A DNA stretch of 64,000 bases from NCBI RefSeq assembly GCF_048403405.1, contig NZ_CP183129.1. One strand, 5' to 3'. The position numbers and the translations under genes are program-made. This document shows positions 1 through 13,105 of the stretch, piece by piece. How positions within the stretch are numbered: position 1 is the first letter of the stretch; each line of letters opens with the position of its first letter. The notes under the pieces were generated by a model, which was not told the DNA's origin, searched no databases, and saw only the letters and a list, made by a program, of their open reading frames with translations. This DNA is from Escherichia coli (GTDB lineage Bacteria; Pseudomonadota; Gammaproteobacteria; Enterobacterales; Enterobacteriaceae).

Positions 1-1
1 G

Positions 2-244
2 GGGATTTCGGCGCTTCCTGGTCTGGCAATGCCCCATGCACCCTATTCTTCGATTATTGGTATCCCGCTGGTGGAACCGGTTATACGTCGGACATTGGGG
101 ATTATTCGCCGCAAAGATGCCGTGCTTTCTCCGGCAGCTGAACGCTTTTTTGCCTTGCTGATTAATTTGTGGACTGACGATAAAGACAATTTGTGGACCA
201 ATATCGTCGAACGCCAGAGACATGCGTTACAGGAGATAGGTTAA
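2..244 (+). CDS. ybhD: 3' end of a LysR-family transcriptional regulator (ybhD-like), truncated by the window start
   Basis: In-frame ORF running off the 5' edge and ending at 244; convergent with pgl as in the K-12 ybhD-pgl arrangement; identity inferred from synteny plus a LysR-like C-terminus, not from a strong motif. Confidence 0.5.
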   Translation, partial: GISALPGLAMPHAPYSSIIGIPLVEPVIRRTLGIIRRKDAVLSPAAERFFALLINLWTDDKDNLWTNIVERQRHALQEIG

Positions 245-248
245 TACA

Positions 249-272
249 CCGGCGCAGAAGAGACTGCGCCGG
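249..272. terminator. Bidirectional stem-loop between convergent ybhD and pgl
   Basis: Perfect 9-bp inverted repeat ccggcgcag / ctgcgccgg with a 6-nt loop, sitting between two convergent stop codons. Confidence 0.5.
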
Positions 273-284
273 GTAAATCAGCGG

Positions 285-1316
<1,032 letters not shown>

Positions 1317-1434
1317 CTAAAATTAGTCGCTTTTGGCGGTGAATGCTGAATTAAAACGCAGAATTTTGTCCGATAGTGGTATCGGTGTACCATTCGCGCA
1401 GAAGAAAATTCTTAACCTTAATCTGGAATACGCC

Positions 1435-2253
1435 ATGACCACACGCGTGATTGCTCTCGACTTAGACGGCACCTTATTGACCCCGAAAAAGACCTTGCTT
1501 CCATCATCGATAGAAGCCCTGGCCCGCGCTCGCGAAGCAGGCTATCAATTAATCATCGTCACAGGTCGCCATCACGTCGCTATTCATCCTTTTTATCAGG
1601 CGCTGGCGCTGGATACACCTGCTATTTGCTGTAATGGCACCTATTTGTATGATTATCATGCAAAAACCGTGCTGGAAGCGGACCCAATGCCCGTTAATAA
1701 AGCCCTGCAACTCATTGAGATGCTGAATGAACACCACATTCACGGTCTGATGTATGTCGATGATGCAATGGTCTATGAGCACCCGACCGGGCATGTCATT
1801 CGCACGTCTAACTGGGCGCAAACCCTGCCGCCGGAACAGCGTCCGACTTTCACACAAGTCGCTTCTCTGGCTGAAACGGCGCAACAAGTTAACGCCGTAT
1901 GGAAGTTCGCCCTGACGCACGATGACCTGCCTCAATTGCAGCATTTTGGTAAGCATGTCGAACATGAACTGGGACTGGAGTGCGAATGGTCCTGGCACGA
2001 TCAGGTTGATATTGCACGCGGCGGCAACAGCAAAGGTAAACGTTTGACGAAATGGGTTGAGGCACAAGGTTGGTCGATGGAAAACGTCGTGGCATTCGGC
2101 GATAACTTTAATGATATCAGTATGCTGGAAGCCGTTGGTACAGGCGTGGCGATGGGCAACGCCGATGACGCGGTAAAAGCGCGCGCCAACATTGTGATTG
2201 GTGATAACACCACCGACAGCATTGCCCAGTTCATTTATAGCCACCTGATTTAA
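1435..2253 (+). CDS. ybhA: HAD-family sugar phosphatase (Cof-type), YbhA
   Basis: ORF opens at 1333 but the start is set at the ATG at 1435 (MTTRVIALDLDGTLL, HAD motif I DxDGT) to give the 272 aa expected for YbhA. Confidence 0.88.
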   Translation: MTTRVIALDLDGTLLTPKKTLLPSSIEALARAREAGYQLIIVTGRHHVAIHPFYQALALDTPAICCNGTYLYDYHAKTVLEADPMPVNKALQLIEMLNEHHIHGLMYVDDAMVYEHPTGHVIRTSNWAQTLPPEQRPTFTQVASLAETAQQVNAVWKFALTHDDLPQLQHFGKHVEHELGLECEWSWHDQVDIARGGNSKGKRLTKWVEAQGWSMENVVAFGDNFNDISMLEAVGTGVAMGNADDAVKARANIVIGDNTTDSIAQFIYSHLI

Positions 2254-3312
2254 TCAGGCGGTTATCGACACACTTTTAATTTGCGCGTACAGCCACAAGC
2301 CTGGTTTGATCGCCAGTTCATCCCTGGCCCACGGGCTGATACGCGCCCACAGCGTTTTACCGCCGACTTCCAGCTCCACTTCCACCTGGCCGTTGTCGTC
2401 ATAACTATTAACAACTTTTGCCCGCAATACGTTACGAATGCTGGTTTGCTGCGGCGGTTGTAAAACCAGCGAGACATCGGTAGCCTGAATGCGGATGCGT
2501 AGCGCAGCTTGCAGCGGTTCGTCCAGCTTATTGACCCACAAATGCTGATCGCCCAGCGCCAGCGCGGTCATCGCGTAATGCGGATGATGCTCAAGCACCG
2601 TCACTTTCAGAATGCTACTTTGTTGCTCTTTCGGCAGCCACGGATTCATCACGCTACTGCCCCACACTTCCTCCAGCACGCCAAAGGCTTTCACCTGACC
2701 GTTTTCCAGTACCATCACTCTGTCTGCCAGATGGAGGATCTCATCCAGCGAATGGCTGACATACAACATCGGAATGTTGATTTCCCGTGTCAGCCGTTGC
2801 AGATAAGGCAACAGTTCGCGTTTACGCGGAATATCCAGTGACGCCAGCGGTTCATCCAGCAACAGCAATTCCGGTGCTGTCAGCAAAGCCCGACCAATCG
2901 CCACGCGCTGTTTTTCGCCTCCGGACAGGCTGCCTGGTAAACGGTCAAGCAACGGTTCAATGCCTAAAAGCGCCACCAGCTTATCGAACTGATCGACCAT
3001 ACTTTTCGACATGCCGTAGCGCAGATTGCCACGCACTTTGTAATGCGGGAACAGCCGCGCATCCTGAAAAACATAGCCAACGCGACGCTTTTCTGGCGTC
3101 AGGCAGATACCTTTTTCGGCATCATTTAGTACCCGCCCATTGAGGACAATCCGCCCTTTTTGCGGGCGCGTCAGTCCACTGATGGCGTTAATCAGCGAAG
3201 TTTTTCCGGCACCGGAGACGCCAAAGATAGCAGTGATGCCATTGGCGGGCAGCGTTTCATTAATGGTCAGGCAATGGTTGCCCAACGTCTGGGAAAAATT
3301 CAGTTCCAGCAT
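2254..3312 (-). CDS. modC: Molybdate ABC transporter ATP-binding protein
   Basis: 352 aa; Walker [12 protein letters not shown] signature LSGGEKQR, C-terminal TOBE domain; synteny with modB and modA. Confidence 0.95.
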   Translation of the reverse strand: MLELNFSQTLGNHCLTINETLPANGITAIFGVSGAGKTSLINAISGLTRPQKGRIVLNGRVLNDAEKGICLTPEKRRVGYVFQDARLFPHYKVRGNLRYGMSKSMVDQFDKLVALLGIEPLLDRLPGSLSGGEKQRVAIGRALLTAPELLLLDEPLASLDIPRKRELLPYLQRLTREINIPMLYVSHSLDEILHLADRVMVLENGQVKAFGVLEEVWGSSVMNPWLPKEQQSSILKVTVLEHHPHYAMTALALGDQHLWVNKLDEPLQAALRIRIQATDVSLVLQPPQQTSIRNVLRAKVVNSYDDNGQVEVELEVGGKTLWARISPWARDELAIKPGLWLYAQIKSVSITA

Positions 3313-3314
3313 GA

Positions 3315-4004
3315 TTAGCGCCCCGCCCGTTCACGGCTGATTCTGGCCAGCCATTCTGAAATCAACAGGGAGATCATCGCCAGTGCAATAGAAATAATGC
3401 ACAGTCTCGCCGCGCCACTTTCCCCGCCGGGGGTCTGGATCAGGGTATACATGGCAGAAGGAATGGTTCGCGTTTCACCAGGAATGTTCGACACAAAGGT
3501 GATGGTTGCACCAAACTCACCGAGAGAACGAGCAAAAGCCAGTACCGTACCAACAATAATGCCCGGTAAGGTCAGCGGTAACGTGATAGTAAAGAAAACG
3601 CGCCAGCGCCCGGCACCCAGTGTTCTTGCGGCCTGTTCCAGTTTGATATCAACACCTTCCAGCGCCAGACGAATTGCCCGCACCATCAGCGGAAACGACA
3701 TGACGGCGGCAGCGAGAACCGCGCCGCGCCAGCTAAAGGCGAAGGTAATGCCAAACCAGTCATACAGACGTTCACCGATAAATCCGCGCCGTCCCATCGA
3801 AACTAATAATAAGTAACCGACGACCACGGGCGGTAACACCAGCGGTAGATGCAGTACGCTGTCGAGCAGAGCTTTGCCCGGAAACGTGCAACGCACCAGT
3901 AACCAGGCAAAAAAGATCCCAAACGGCAGGCTAAACAGCACAGCCAGGGAAGAAACTTTCAGGCTTAGTAAAACCGCCTGCCATTCTGGATCGGTCAGTA
4001 TCAT
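3315..4004 (-). CDS. modB: Molybdate ABC transporter permease
   Basis: 229-aa polytopic membrane ORF between modA and modC; recognised as ModB. Confidence 0.95.
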   Translation of the reverse strand: MILTDPEWQAVLLSLKVSSLAVLFSLPFGIFFAWLLVRCTFPGKALLDSVLHLPLVLPPVVVGYLLLVSMGRRGFIGERLYDWFGITFAFSWRGAVLAAAVMSFPLMVRAIRLALEGVDIKLEQAARTLGAGRWRVFFTITLPLTLPGIIVGTVLAFARSLGEFGATITFVSNIPGETRTIPSAMYTLIQTPGGESGAARLCIISIALAMISLLISEWLARISRERAGR

Positions 4005-4777
4005 TACTTGGTTGTAAATCCGTAACGTTTAAAGATTTCCGCAGCCTGCGGCCCCTTCAGATAATCATAAAATGCTTTCACTGTCGCATTGTTATGCCCT
4101 TCCACAACAGCAACCGGATATTCCACTTTTTTATGTGAATCTTCCGGGAAGGTGGCAACCACTTTTACCCCTTTGCTGGCAACTGCGTCAGAACCGTAAA
4201 CAATGCCCAACGGCGCTTCATTGCGTTCGACCAACGCCAGCGCGCCACGAACATCTTCCGCCGGAGCCAGTTTCGGGGAGAGCGTATCCCATGCGCCCAG
4301 TTTTTGCAGTGCTTCTTTTGCATAAATGCCAGCGGGAACATGTTCCGGATCGCCAACCGCCAGGCGACCGCCATTCAGCAGTGAAGTCCAATTGGTTTTG
4401 CTGTCGATGGTGAAATCTTTCTGCTCGCTGGCTTTCGGTGCTACAACGACCAGGCTATTGCCGAGCAGTGTCTGACGTGTAGCTGTATCGATCGCTTTTT
4501 TATCAACCGCATAATCCATCCATTTCTGATCGGCAGAAATAAACAGATCCGCAGGCGCACCCGCTTCAATCTGACGGGCCAAAGTAGATGACGAAGCGAA
4601 AGAAGAAACCACATCCACGCCTTTCTCTTTTTTATACTGCGTAGCAATGTCCTGCATTGCGTTAGTCAGTGATGCGGCGGCGAACACCGTGATTTTCCCT
4701 TCATCTGCCAGTGCATTGCCAGCAACAGCGAAAGAGAGTGCCGCCCCGGCAAACAAGTTCAACCATTTACGAGCCAT
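4004..4777 (-). CDS. modA: Molybdate-binding periplasmic protein
   Basis: 257 aa with N-terminal signal peptide (MARKWLNLFAGAALSFAVAGNALA); recognised as ModA. Confidence 0.95.
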   Translation of the reverse strand: MARKWLNLFAGAALSFAVAGNALADEGKITVFAAASLTNAMQDIATQYKKEKGVDVVSSFASSSTLARQIEAGAPADLFISADQKWMDYAVDKKAIDTATRQTLLGNSLVVVAPKASEQKDFTIDSKTNWTSLLNGGRLAVGDPEHVPAGIYAKEALQKLGAWDTLSPKLAPAEDVRGALALVERNEAPLGIVYGSDAVASKGVKVVATFPEDSHKKVEYPVAVVEGHNNATVKAFYDYLKGPQAAEIFKRYGFTTK

Positions 4778-4796
4778 TGGTAACCCCTTAATGTAA

Positions 4797-4820
4797 CGTT
4801 ATGTAGGCGTCAATATAACG
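4797..4820 (-). promoter_or_regulatory. Candidate ModE operator in the modA promoter
   Basis: Imperfect palindrome cgttatgtaggcgtcaatataacg about 20-40 bp upstream of the modA start; resembles the TA-rich ModE operator dyad as I recall it. Confidence 0.5.
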
Positions 4821-4942
4821 GCTAACTCAGAATTTTCCCAGCAGTTATTGCTAACCTTTGTGAGGTAGATGAGAAAAAATATCGGCAGGAAAAGCAGGAA
4901 GTTGAGCAAAAGAAATGCCCGGCTAAGCGGGCATTCAGGGAA

Positions 4943-5110
<168 letters not shown>

Positions 5111-5220
5111 TCATGAGACTATTCTAACCGCTAAGCACAGAAAAGCACTCCCCTTTTGTGCGGTCAGCTTTGCGTGGCGTTCGTTTTCCGTCACAATAAG
5201 ACTTTTGCCAGGACATTGTT

Positions 5221-6009
5221 ATGCAGGCCGAAATCCTTCTCACCCTTAAGCTCCAACAAAAATTATTCGCCGACCCGCGCCGCATTTCGCTACTAAAACA
5301 CATTGCGCTTTCCGGTTCCATTAGCCAGGGAGCGAAAGATGCCGGTATCAGCTATAAAAGCGCCTGGGATGCCATTAACGAGATGAATCAGTTAAGTGAG
5401 CATATTCTGGTCGAGCGCGCAACAGGCGGTAAAGGTGGCGGCGGCGCAGTACTGACCCGCTATGGTCAGCGACTGATTCAGCTCTATGACTTACTGGCGC
5501 AAATCCAGCAAAAAGCCTTTGATGTGTTAAGTGACGATGACGCCCTGCCGCTGAACAGCCTGCTGGCCGCGATCTCACGTTTTTCACTGCAAACCAGCGC
5601 CCGTAACCAGTGGTTCGGTACCATCACCGCCCGCGATCATGATGACGTTCAACAGCATGTTGATGTCTTACTGGCTGACGGAAAAACACGCCTGAAAGTC
5701 GCAATTACCGCACAAAGCGGCGCGCGTCTGGGGCTGGATGAAGGCAAAGAAGTGTTGATATTACTAAAAGCGCCGTGGGTAGGCATTACTCAGGACGAAG
5801 CGGTCGCACAAAACGCCGACAACCAATTACCGGGTATTATTAGTCATATTGAGCGCGGCGCAGAGCAGTGCGAAGTATTAATGGCGCTACCCGACGGGCA
5901 AACACTGTGCGCCACAGTGCCGGTAAATGAAGCGACTTCTCTTCAGCAAGGACAGAATGTCACGGCCTACTTTAATGCCGACAGCGTGATTATCGCCACG
6001 CTATGCTAA
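5221..6009 (+). CDS. modE: Molybdate-responsive transcriptional regulator ModE
   Basis: 262 aa; N-terminal HTH and tandem C-terminal Mop domains; recognised as ModE; divergent from modABC. Confidence 0.95.
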   Translation: MQAEILLTLKLQQKLFADPRRISLLKHIALSGSISQGAKDAGISYKSAWDAINEMNQLSEHILVERATGGKGGGGAVLTRYGQRLIQLYDLLAQIQQKAFDVLSDDDALPLNSLLAAISRFSLQTSARNQWFGTITARDHDDVQQHVDVLLADGKTRLKVAITAQSGARLGLDEGKEVLILLKAPWVGITQDEAVAQNADNQLPGIISHIERGAEQCEVLMALPDGQTLCATVPVNEATSLQQGQNVTAYFNADSVIIATLC

Positions 6010-6076
6010 GCGTGTTGACAATTTGTTATGAAACACGTATCCCTGTCAGTAATCGCTGCACAAAATGGGATATAAA

Positions 6077-7549
6077 ATGTCATCGTTGCAAATTTTGCAA
6101 GGCACGTTTCGTCTTAGCGACACAAAAACGCTGCAATTGCCTCAGCTAACGTTAAACGCGGGTGATAGTTGGGCGTTTGTCGGTTCGAATGGAAGCGGGA
6201 AATCGGCCCTGGCCCGCGCGCTGGCGGGGGAACTTCCGCTTTTGAAAGGTGAACGGCAAAGCCAGTTTTCCCACATCACTCGTCTCTCCTTCGAGCAATT
6301 GCAAAAGCTCGTCAGCGACGAATGGCAGCGGAATAACACCGATATGCTCGGCCCTGGCGAAGATGACACCGGGCGTACCACGGCTGAAATCATTCAGGAT
6401 GAAGTAAAGGATGCACCGCGTTGTATGCAACTGGCGCAGCAGTTCGGTATTACCGCCCTCCTCGACCGACGCTTTAAATACCTTTCCACTGGCGAGACGC
6501 GAAAAACCCTGCTGTGTCAGGCGCTGATGTCGGAGCCTGACTTGTTGATTCTTGATGAGCCGTTCGATGGCCTGGATGTTGCCTCACGTCAGCAGCTGGC
6601 TGAGCTACTCGCCTCGTTACATCAGTCCGGTATTACTCTGGTACTGGTGCTCAATCGCTTCGATGAGATCCCGGAATTTGTCCAGTTTGCTGGCGTGCTG
6701 GCGGATTGTACGTTAGCGGAAACGGGCGCTAAAGAGGAACTGCTCCAGCAAGCACTCGTCGCGCAACTGGCGCATAGCGAACAGCTTGAAGGTGTACAAC
6801 TGCCGGAGCCGGATGAACCTTCAGCACGTCACGCCTTACCCGCCAACGAACCGCGCATTGTGCTGAACAATGGCGTGGTTTCTTATAACGATCGTCCCAT
6901 TCTTAATAACCTTAGCTGGCAGGTGAATCCAGGCGAGCACTGGCAAATTGTCGGGCCAAATGGCGCGGGAAAATCAACATTATTAAGCCTGATTACTGGC
7001 GATCATCCGCAAGGTTACAGCAACGATTTAACGCTTTTCGGACGACGTCGCGGCAGCGGCGAAACCATCTGGGATATCAAAAAGCATATCGGTTACGTCA
7101 GCAGTAGTTTGCATCTGGATTACCGGGTCAGCACTACCGTGCGTAATGTGATCCTTTCTGGCTATTTTGATTCGATTGGCATTTATCAGGCCGTTTCGGA
7201 TCGCCAGCAAAAACTGGTGCAGCAGTGGCTGGATATTCTCGGCATTGATAAACGCACGGCTGACGCTCCTTTCCATAGTCTTTCCTGGGGACAGCAGCGT
7301 CTGGCGCTGATTGTCCGCGCACTGGTGAAACATCCGACGTTGCTTATTCTCGATGAACCACTACAGGGGCTTGATCCACTCAATCGCCAGCTTATCCGCC
7401 GTTTTGTTGATGTGCTGATTAGCGAAGGTGAAACGCAATTGTTGTTTGTTTCGCACCACGCTGAAGATGCGCCTGCCTGTATTACCCATCGTCTTGAGTT
7501 CGTGCCGGACGGTGACTTTTATCGCTATGCGCTGACAAAAATAAACTGA
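6077..7549 (+). CDS. modF: ABC-type ATPase ModF (two ATP-binding cassettes)
   Basis: Start set at the ATG at 6077 (MSSLQILQG..., 490 aa); two Walker A motifs (GSNGSGKS, GPNGAGKS). Confidence 0.9.
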   Translation: MSSLQILQGTFRLSDTKTLQLPQLTLNAGDSWAFVGSNGSGKSALARALAGELPLLKGERQSQFSHITRLSFEQLQKLVSDEWQRNNTDMLGPGEDDTGRTTAEIIQDEVKDAPRCMQLAQQFGITALLDRRFKYLSTGETRKTLLCQALMSEPDLLILDEPFDGLDVASRQQLAELLASLHQSGITLVLVLNRFDEIPEFVQFAGVLADCTLAETGAKEELLQQALVAQLAHSEQLEGVQLPEPDEPSARHALPANEPRIVLNNGVVSYNDRPILNNLSWQVNPGEHWQIVGPNGAGKSTLLSLITGDHPQGYSNDLTLFGRRRGSGETIWDIKKHIGYVSSSLHLDYRVSTTVRNVILSGYFDSIGIYQAVSDRQQKLVQQWLDILGIDKRTADAPFHSLSWGQQRLALIVRALVKHPTLLILDEPLQGLDPLNRQLIRRFVDVLISEGETQLLFVSHHAEDAPACITHRLEFVPDGDFYRYALTKIN

Positions 7550-7716
7550 GTCGGTAATGCTGACTGTACCGGAGGCGGCCTAAGCGCCCTCTCCGGCCTA
7601 CTGTTCGACGCATCCAGGCATGAAACCGCGTCTTTTTTTCAGATAAAAAGCGCAATCATTCATAAAGCCGCTGTTTTATAATCACTTAATCGCGCATAAA
7701 AAACGGCTAAATTCCT

Positions 7717-7732
7717 GTGTAAACGATTCCAC
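7717..7732 (+). promoter_or_regulatory. gal external operator OE (GalR/GalS site)
   Basis: Exact match to the OE sequence as I recall it, GTGTAAACGATTCCAC, upstream of the gal promoters. Confidence 0.8.
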
Positions 7733-7790
7733 TAATTTATTCCATGTCACACTTTTCGCATCTTTGTTATGCTATGGTTATTTCATACCA
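7731..7790 (+). promoter_or_regulatory. gal promoter region: CRP site and overlapping P2/P1 -10 elements
   Basis: actaatttattccatgtcaca (CRP site, read on the opposite strand) followed by tttgttatgctatggttatttcatacca, the classical gal extended -10 region. Confidence 0.7.
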
Positions 7791-7810
7791 TAAGCCTAAT
7801 GGAGCGAATT

Positions 7811-8827
7811 ATGAGAGTTCTGGTTACCGGTGGTAGCGGTTACATTGGAAGTCATACCTGTGTGCAATTACTGCAAAACGGTCATGATGTCATCATTCTT
7901 GATAACCTCTGTAACAGTAAGCGCAGCGTACTGCCCGTTATCGAGCGTTTAGGCGGCAAACATCCAACGTTTGTTGAAGGCGATATCCGTAACGAAGCGT
8001 TGATGACCGAGATCCTGCACGATCACGCTATCGACACTGTGATCCACTTCGCCGGGCTGAAAGCCGTTGGCGAATCGGTACAAAAACCGCTGGAATATTA
8101 CGACAACAATGTTAACGGCACTCTGCGCCTGATTAGCGCCATGCGCGCCGCGAACGTCAAAAACTTTATTTTTAGCTCCTCCGCCACCGTTTATGGCGAT
8201 CAGCCCAAAATTCCATACGTTGAAAGCTTCCCGACCGGCACACCGCAAAGCCCTTACGGCAAAAGCAAGCTGATGGTGGAACAGATCCTCACCGATCTGC
8301 AAAAAGCCCAGCCGGACTGGAGCATTGCCCTGCTGCGCTACTTCAACCCGGTTGGCGCGCATCCGTCGGGCGATATGGGCGAAGATCCGCAAGGCATTCC
8401 GAATAACCTGATGCCATACATCGCCCAGGTTGCTGTAGGCCGTCGCGACTCGCTGGCGATTTTTGGTAACGATTATCCGACCGAAGACGGTACTGGCGTA
8501 CGCGATTACATCCACGTAATGGATCTGGCCGACGGTCACGTCGTGGCGATGGAAAAACTGGCGAACAAGCCAGGCGTACACATCTACAACCTCGGCGCTG
8601 GCGTAGGCAGCAGCGTGCTGGACGTGGTTAATGCCTTCAGCAAAGCTTGCGGCAAACCGGTTAATTATCATTTTGCACCGCGTCGCGAGGGCGACCTTCC
8701 GGCCTACTGGGCGGACGCCAGCAAAGCCGACCGTGAACTGAACTGGCGCGTGACGCGCACACTCGATGAAATGGCGCAGGACACCTGGCACTGGCAGTCA
8801 CGCCATCCACAGGGATATCCCGATTAA
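7811..8827 (+). CDS. galE: UDP-glucose 4-epimerase
   Basis: Start at ATG 7811 (MRVLVTGGSGYIGSH, Rossmann GxxGxxG), 338 aa; recognised as GalE. Confidence 0.97.
   Translation: MRVLVTGGSGYIGSHTCVQLLQNGHDVIILDNLCNSKRSVLPVIERLGGKHPTFVEGDIRNEALMTEILHDHAIDTVIHFAGLKAVGESVQKPLEYYDNNVNGTLRLISAMRAANVKNFIFSSSATVYGDQPKIPYVESFPTGTPQSPYGKSKLMVEQILTDLQKAQPDWSIALLRYFNPVGAHPSGDMGEDPQGIPNNLMPYIAQVAVGRRDSLAIFGNDYPTEDGTGVRDYIHVMDLADGHVVAMEKLANKPGVHIYNLGAGVGSSVLDVVNAFSKACGKPVNYHFAPRREGDLPAYWADASKADRELNWRVTRTLDEMAQDTWHWQSRHPQGYPD
7830..7845 (+). promoter_or_regulatory. gal internal operator OI
   Basis: Exact match to the OI sequence as I recall it, GTGGTAGCGGTTACAT, inside the 5' end of galE. Confidence 0.8.
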
Positions 8828-8836
8828 GGAACGACC

Positions 8837-9883
8837 ATGACGCAATTTAATCCCGTTGATCATCCACATCGCCGCTACAACCCGCTCACCGGGCAATGGA
8901 TTCTGGTTTCACCGCACCGCGCTAAGCGCCCCTGGCAGGGGGCGCAGGAAACGCCAGCCAAACAGGTGTTACCTGCGCACGATCCAGATTGCTTCCTCTG
9001 CGCAGGTAATGTGCGGGTGACAGGCGATAAAAACCCCGATTACACCGGGACTTACGTTTTCACTAATGACTTTGCGGCCTTGATGTCTGACACGCCAGAT
9101 GCGCCAGAAAGCAACGATCCGCTGATGCGTTGCCAGAGCGCGCGCGGTACCAGCCGGGTGATCTGCTTTTCACCGGATCACAGTAAAACGTTGCCAGAAC
9201 TCAGCGTTGCGGCATTGACGGAAATCGTCAAAACCTGGCAGGAGCAAACCGCAGAACTGGGGAAAACATACCCATGGGTGCAGGTCTTTGAAAACAAAGG
9301 TGCGGCGATGGGCTGCTCTAACCCGCATCCGCACGGACAGATTTGGGCAAATAGCTTCCTGCCTAACGAAGCTGAGCGTGAAGACCGCCTGCAAAAAGAA
9401 TATTTTGCCGAACAGAAATCACCAATGCTGGTGGATTATGTTCAGCGCGAGCTGGCAGACGGTAGCCGTACCGTTGTCGAAACCGAACACTGGTTAGCCG
9501 TTGTGCCTTACTGGGCTGCCTGGCCGTTCGAAACGCTACTGCTGCCCAAAGCCCACGTTTTGCGGATCACCGATTTGACCGACGCCCAGCGCAGCGATTT
9601 GGCGCTGGCGTTGAAAAAGCTGACCAGTCGTTATGACAACCTCTTCCAGTGCTCCTTCCCCTACTCTATGGGCTGGCACGGCGCGCCATTTAATGGCGAA
9701 GAGAATCAACACTGGCAGCTGCACGCGCACTTTTATCCGCCTCTGTTGCGCTCCGCCACCGTACGTAAATTTATGGTTGGTTATGAGATGCTGGCAGAGA
9801 CCCAGCGAGACCTGACCGCAGAACAGGCAGCAGAGCGTTTGCGCGCAGTCAGCGATATCCATTTTCGCGAATCCGGAGTGTAA
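8837..9883 (+). CDS. galT: Galactose-1-phosphate uridylyltransferase
   Basis: 348 aa; active-site HPHGQ motif present; recognised as GalT. Confidence 0.97.
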   Translation: MTQFNPVDHPHRRYNPLTGQWILVSPHRAKRPWQGAQETPAKQVLPAHDPDCFLCAGNVRVTGDKNPDYTGTYVFTNDFAALMSDTPDAPESNDPLMRCQSARGTSRVICFSPDHSKTLPELSVAALTEIVKTWQEQTAELGKTYPWVQVFENKGAAMGCSNPHPHGQIWANSFLPNEAEREDRLQKEYFAEQKSPMLVDYVQRELADGSRTVVETEHWLAVVPYWAAWPFETLLLPKAHVLRITDLTDAQRSDLALALKKLTSRYDNLFQCSFPYSMGWHGAPFNGEENQHWQLHAHFYPPLLRSATVRKFMVGYEMLAETQRDLTAEQAAERLRAVSDIHFRESGV

Positions 9884-9886
9884 GAA

Positions 9887-11035
9887 ATGAGTCTGAAAGA
9901 AAAAACACAATCTCTGTTTGCCAACGCATTTGGCTACCCTGCCACTCACACCATTCAGGCGCCTGGCCGCGTGAATTTGATTGGTGAACACACCGACTAC
10001 AACGACGGTTTCGTTCTGCCCTGCGCGATTGATTATCAAACCGTGATCAGTTGTGCACCACGCGATGACCGTAAAGTTCGCGTGATGGCAGCCGATTATG
10101 AAAATCAGCTCGACGAGTTTTCCCTCGATGCGCCCATTGTCGCGCATGAAAGCTATCAATGGGCTAACTACGTTCGTGGCGTGGTGAAACATCTGCAACT
10201 GCGTAACAACAGCTTCGGCGGCGTGGACATGGTGATCAGCGGCAATGTGCCGCAGGGTGCCGGGTTAAGTTCTTCCGCTTCACTGGAAGTCGCGGTCGGA
10301 ACCGTATTGCAGCAGCTTTATCATTTGCCGCTGGACGGCGCACAAATCGCGCTTAACGGTCAGGAAGCAGAAAACCAGTTTGTTGGCTGTAACTGCGGGA
10401 TCATGGATCAGCTAATTTCCGCACTCGGCAAGAAAGATCATGCCTTGCTGATTGACTGCCGCTCACTGGGGACTAAAGCAGTTTCCATGCCGAAAGGTGT
10501 GGCTGTCGTCATCATTAACAGTAACTTCAAACGTACCCTGGTTGGCAGCGAATACAACACCCGTCGTGAACAGTGCGAAACTGGTGCGCGTTTCTTCCAG
10601 CAGCCAGCGCTGCGCGATGTCACCATTGAAGAGTTCAACGCTGTTGCGCATGAACTGGACCCAATCGTGGCGAAACGCGTGCGTCATATCCTGACTGAAA
10701 ACGCCCGCACCGTTGAAGCTGCCAGCGCGCTGGAGCAAGGCGACCTGAAACGTATGGGCGAGTTGATGGCGGAGTCTCATGCCTCTATGCGCGATGATTT
10801 CGAAATCACCGTGCCGCAAATTGACACTCTGGTAGAAATCGTCAAAGCTGTGATTGGTGACAAAGGTGGCGTACGCATGACCGGCGGCGGATTTGGCGGC
10901 TGTATCGTCGCGCTGATCCCGGAAGAGCTGGTGCCTGCCGTACAGCAAGCTGTCGCTGAACAATATGAAGCAAAAACAGGTATTAAAGAGACTTTTTACG
11001 TTTGTAAACCATCACAAGGAGCAGGACAGTGCTGA
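9887..11035 (+). CDS. galK: Galactokinase
   Basis: 382 aa; GHMP kinase motifs ([11 protein letters not shown], GGGFGGC); recognised as GalK. Confidence 0.97.
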   Translation: MSLKEKTQSLFANAFGYPATHTIQAPGRVNLIGEHTDYNDGFVLPCAIDYQTVISCAPRDDRKVRVMAADYENQLDEFSLDAPIVAHESYQWANYVRGVVKHLQLRNNSFGGVDMVISGNVPQGAGLSSSASLEVAVGTVLQQLYHLPLDGAQIALNGQEAENQFVGCNCGIMDQLISALGKKDHALLIDCRSLGTKAVSMPKGVAVVIINSNFKRTLVGSEYNTRREQCETGARFFQQPALRDVTIEEFNAVAHELDPIVAKRVRHILTENARTVEAASALEQGDLKRMGELMAESHASMRDDFEITVPQIDTLVEIVKAVIGDKGGVRMTGGGFGGCIVALIPEELVPAVQQAVAEQYEAKTGIKETFYVCKPSQGAGQC

Positions 11036-12069
11036 ACGAAACTCCCGCACTGGCACCCGATGGTCAGCCGTACCGACTGTTAACTTTGCGTAACAACGCA
11101 GGGATGGTAGTCACGCTGATGGACTGGGGTGCGACTTTACTTTCAGCCCGTATTCCGCTTTCCGATGGCAGCGTCCGCGAGGCGCTGCTCGGCTGTGCCA
11201 GCCCGGAATGCTATCAGGATCAGGCCGCGTTTCTGGGGGCCTCTATTGGTCGTTATGCCAACCGTATCGCCAATAGCCGTTATACCTTTGACGGTGAAAC
11301 CGTGACGCTTTCGCCAAGTCAGGGCGTTAACCAGCTGCACGGCGGCCCGGAAGGGTTCGACAAACGTCGCTGGCAGATTGTGAACCAGAACGATCGTCAG
11401 GTACTGTTTGCCCTGAGTTCAGATGATGGCGATCAGGGCTTCCCGGGTAATCTCGGTGCGACGGTGCAATATCGTCTGACCGACGATAACCGTATCTCCA
11501 TTACTTATCGCGCCACAGTTGATAAACCTTGCCCGGTGAATATGACTAATCACGTCTATTTCAATCTTGACGGCGAGCAGTCTGACGTGCGCAATCACAA
11601 GTTGCAGATTCTGGCGGACGAATATCTGCCGGTTGATGAAGGCGGCATTCCGCTCGACGGCCTGAAATCTGTCGCCGGAACGTCTTTTGATTTCCGCAGC
11701 GCCAAAATCATCGCCAGTGAGTTTCTTGCCGACGACGATCAGCGCAAAGTGAAAGGTTACGATCACGCATTCTTGTTACAGGCCAAAGGCGATGGCAAGA
11801 AAGTGGCGGCGCATGTCTGGTCAGCAGATGAAAAATTGCAGCTGAAGGTCTACACCACCGCTCCGGCTCTGCAATTCTACTCCGGCAACTTCCTCGGCGG
11901 CACACCGTCGCGGGGAACCGAACCTTACGCCGACTGGCATGGACTGGCTCTGGAAAGCGAATTTCTGCCGGACAGCCCGAACCACCCTGAATGGCCGCAA
12001 CCAGACTGCTTCCTGCGTCCTGGCGAAGAGTATTCCAGCCTGACGGAATATCAGTTTATTGCTCAGTAA
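11029..12069 (+). CDS. galM: Aldose 1-epimerase (galactose mutarotase)
   Basis: 346 aa; overlaps the galK 3' end by 7 nt; recognised as GalM. Confidence 0.95.
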   Translation: MLNETPALAPDGQPYRLLTLRNNAGMVVTLMDWGATLLSARIPLSDGSVREALLGCASPECYQDQAAFLGASIGRYANRIANSRYTFDGETVTLSPSQGVNQLHGGPEGFDKRRWQIVNQNDRQVLFALSSDDGDQGFPGNLGATVQYRLTDDNRISITYRATVDKPCPVNMTNHVYFNLDGEQSDVRNHKLQILADEYLPVDEGGIPLDGLKSVAGTSFDFRSAKIIASEFLADDDQRKVKGYDHAFLLQAKGDGKKVAAHVWSADEKLQLKVYTTAPALQFYSGNFLGGTPSRGTEPYADWHGLALESEFLPDSPNHPEWPQPDCFLRPGEEYSSLTEYQFIAQ

Positions 12070-12271
12070 TGTTAAGCCCTCGTCATGAGGGCTTTATCCT
12101 CATATTGTTCAAATCACCAGCAAACACCGACATATTTGCAACTCAATATTCACAACAACCTTACACTGCGACACTATTTTCGCTATGGTTATGCGTAAGC
12201 ATTGCTGTTGCTTCGTCACGGCAATATAATGAGAATTATTATCATTAAAAGATGATTTGAGGAGTAAGTAT

Positions 12272-13024
12272 ATGGCTGTAACTAAGCTGGTTCTGGTTCG
12301 TCATGGCGAAAGTCAGTGGAACAAAGAAAACCGTTTCACCGGTTGGTACGACGTGGATCTGTCTGAGAAAGGCGTAAGCGAAGCAAAAGCAGCAGGTAAG
12401 CTGCTGAAAGAGGAAGGTTACAGCTTTGACTTTGCTTACACCTCTGTGCTGAAACGCGCTATTCATACCCTGTGGAATGTGCTGGACGAACTGGATCAGG
12501 CATGGCTGCCCGTTGAGAAATCCTGGAAACTGAACGAACGTCACTACGGTGCGTTGCAGGGTCTGAACAAAGCGGAAACTGCTGAAAAGTATGGCGACGA
12601 GCAGGTGAAACAGTGGCGTCGTGGTTTTGCAGTGACTCCGCCGGAACTGACTAAAGATGATGAGCGTTATCCGGGTCACGATCCACGTTACGCGAAGCTG
12701 AGCGAGAAAGAACTGCCACTGACGGAAAGCCTGGCGCTGACCATTGACCGCGTGATCCCTTACTGGAATGAAACTATTCTACCGCGTATGAAGAGCGGTG
12801 AGCGCGTAATCATCGCTGCACACGGTAACTCGTTACGTGCGCTGGTGAAATATCTTGATAACATGAGCGAAGAAGAGATTCTTGAGCTGAATATCCCGAC
12901 CGGCGTGCCGCTGGTTTATGAGTTTGACGAGAACTTCAAACCGCTGAAACGCTATTATCTGGGTAATGCTGACGAGATCGCGGCGAAAGCAGCAGCCGTT
13001 GCGAACCAGGGTAAAGCGAAGTAA
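12272..13024 (+). CDS. gpmA: 2,3-bisphosphoglycerate-dependent phosphoglycerate mutase
   Basis: Start at ATG 12272 ([17 protein letters not shown], catalytic RHGE motif), 250 aa. Confidence 0.95.
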
Positions 13025-13049
13025 ACGTCATTCGTTTAAAAATGAGAAA

Positions 13050-13076
13050 GTCGACTGCAAGTGAGTCGGCTTTTTT
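13050..13076 (+). terminator. Rho-independent terminator of gpmA
   Basis: Stem gtcgact / agtcggc (one G-U pair), 7-nt loop, followed by TTTTTTGTTT. Confidence 0.65.
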
Positions 13077-13105
13077 GTTTGTCGTTGCTAACAATGGAGC
13101 ACATT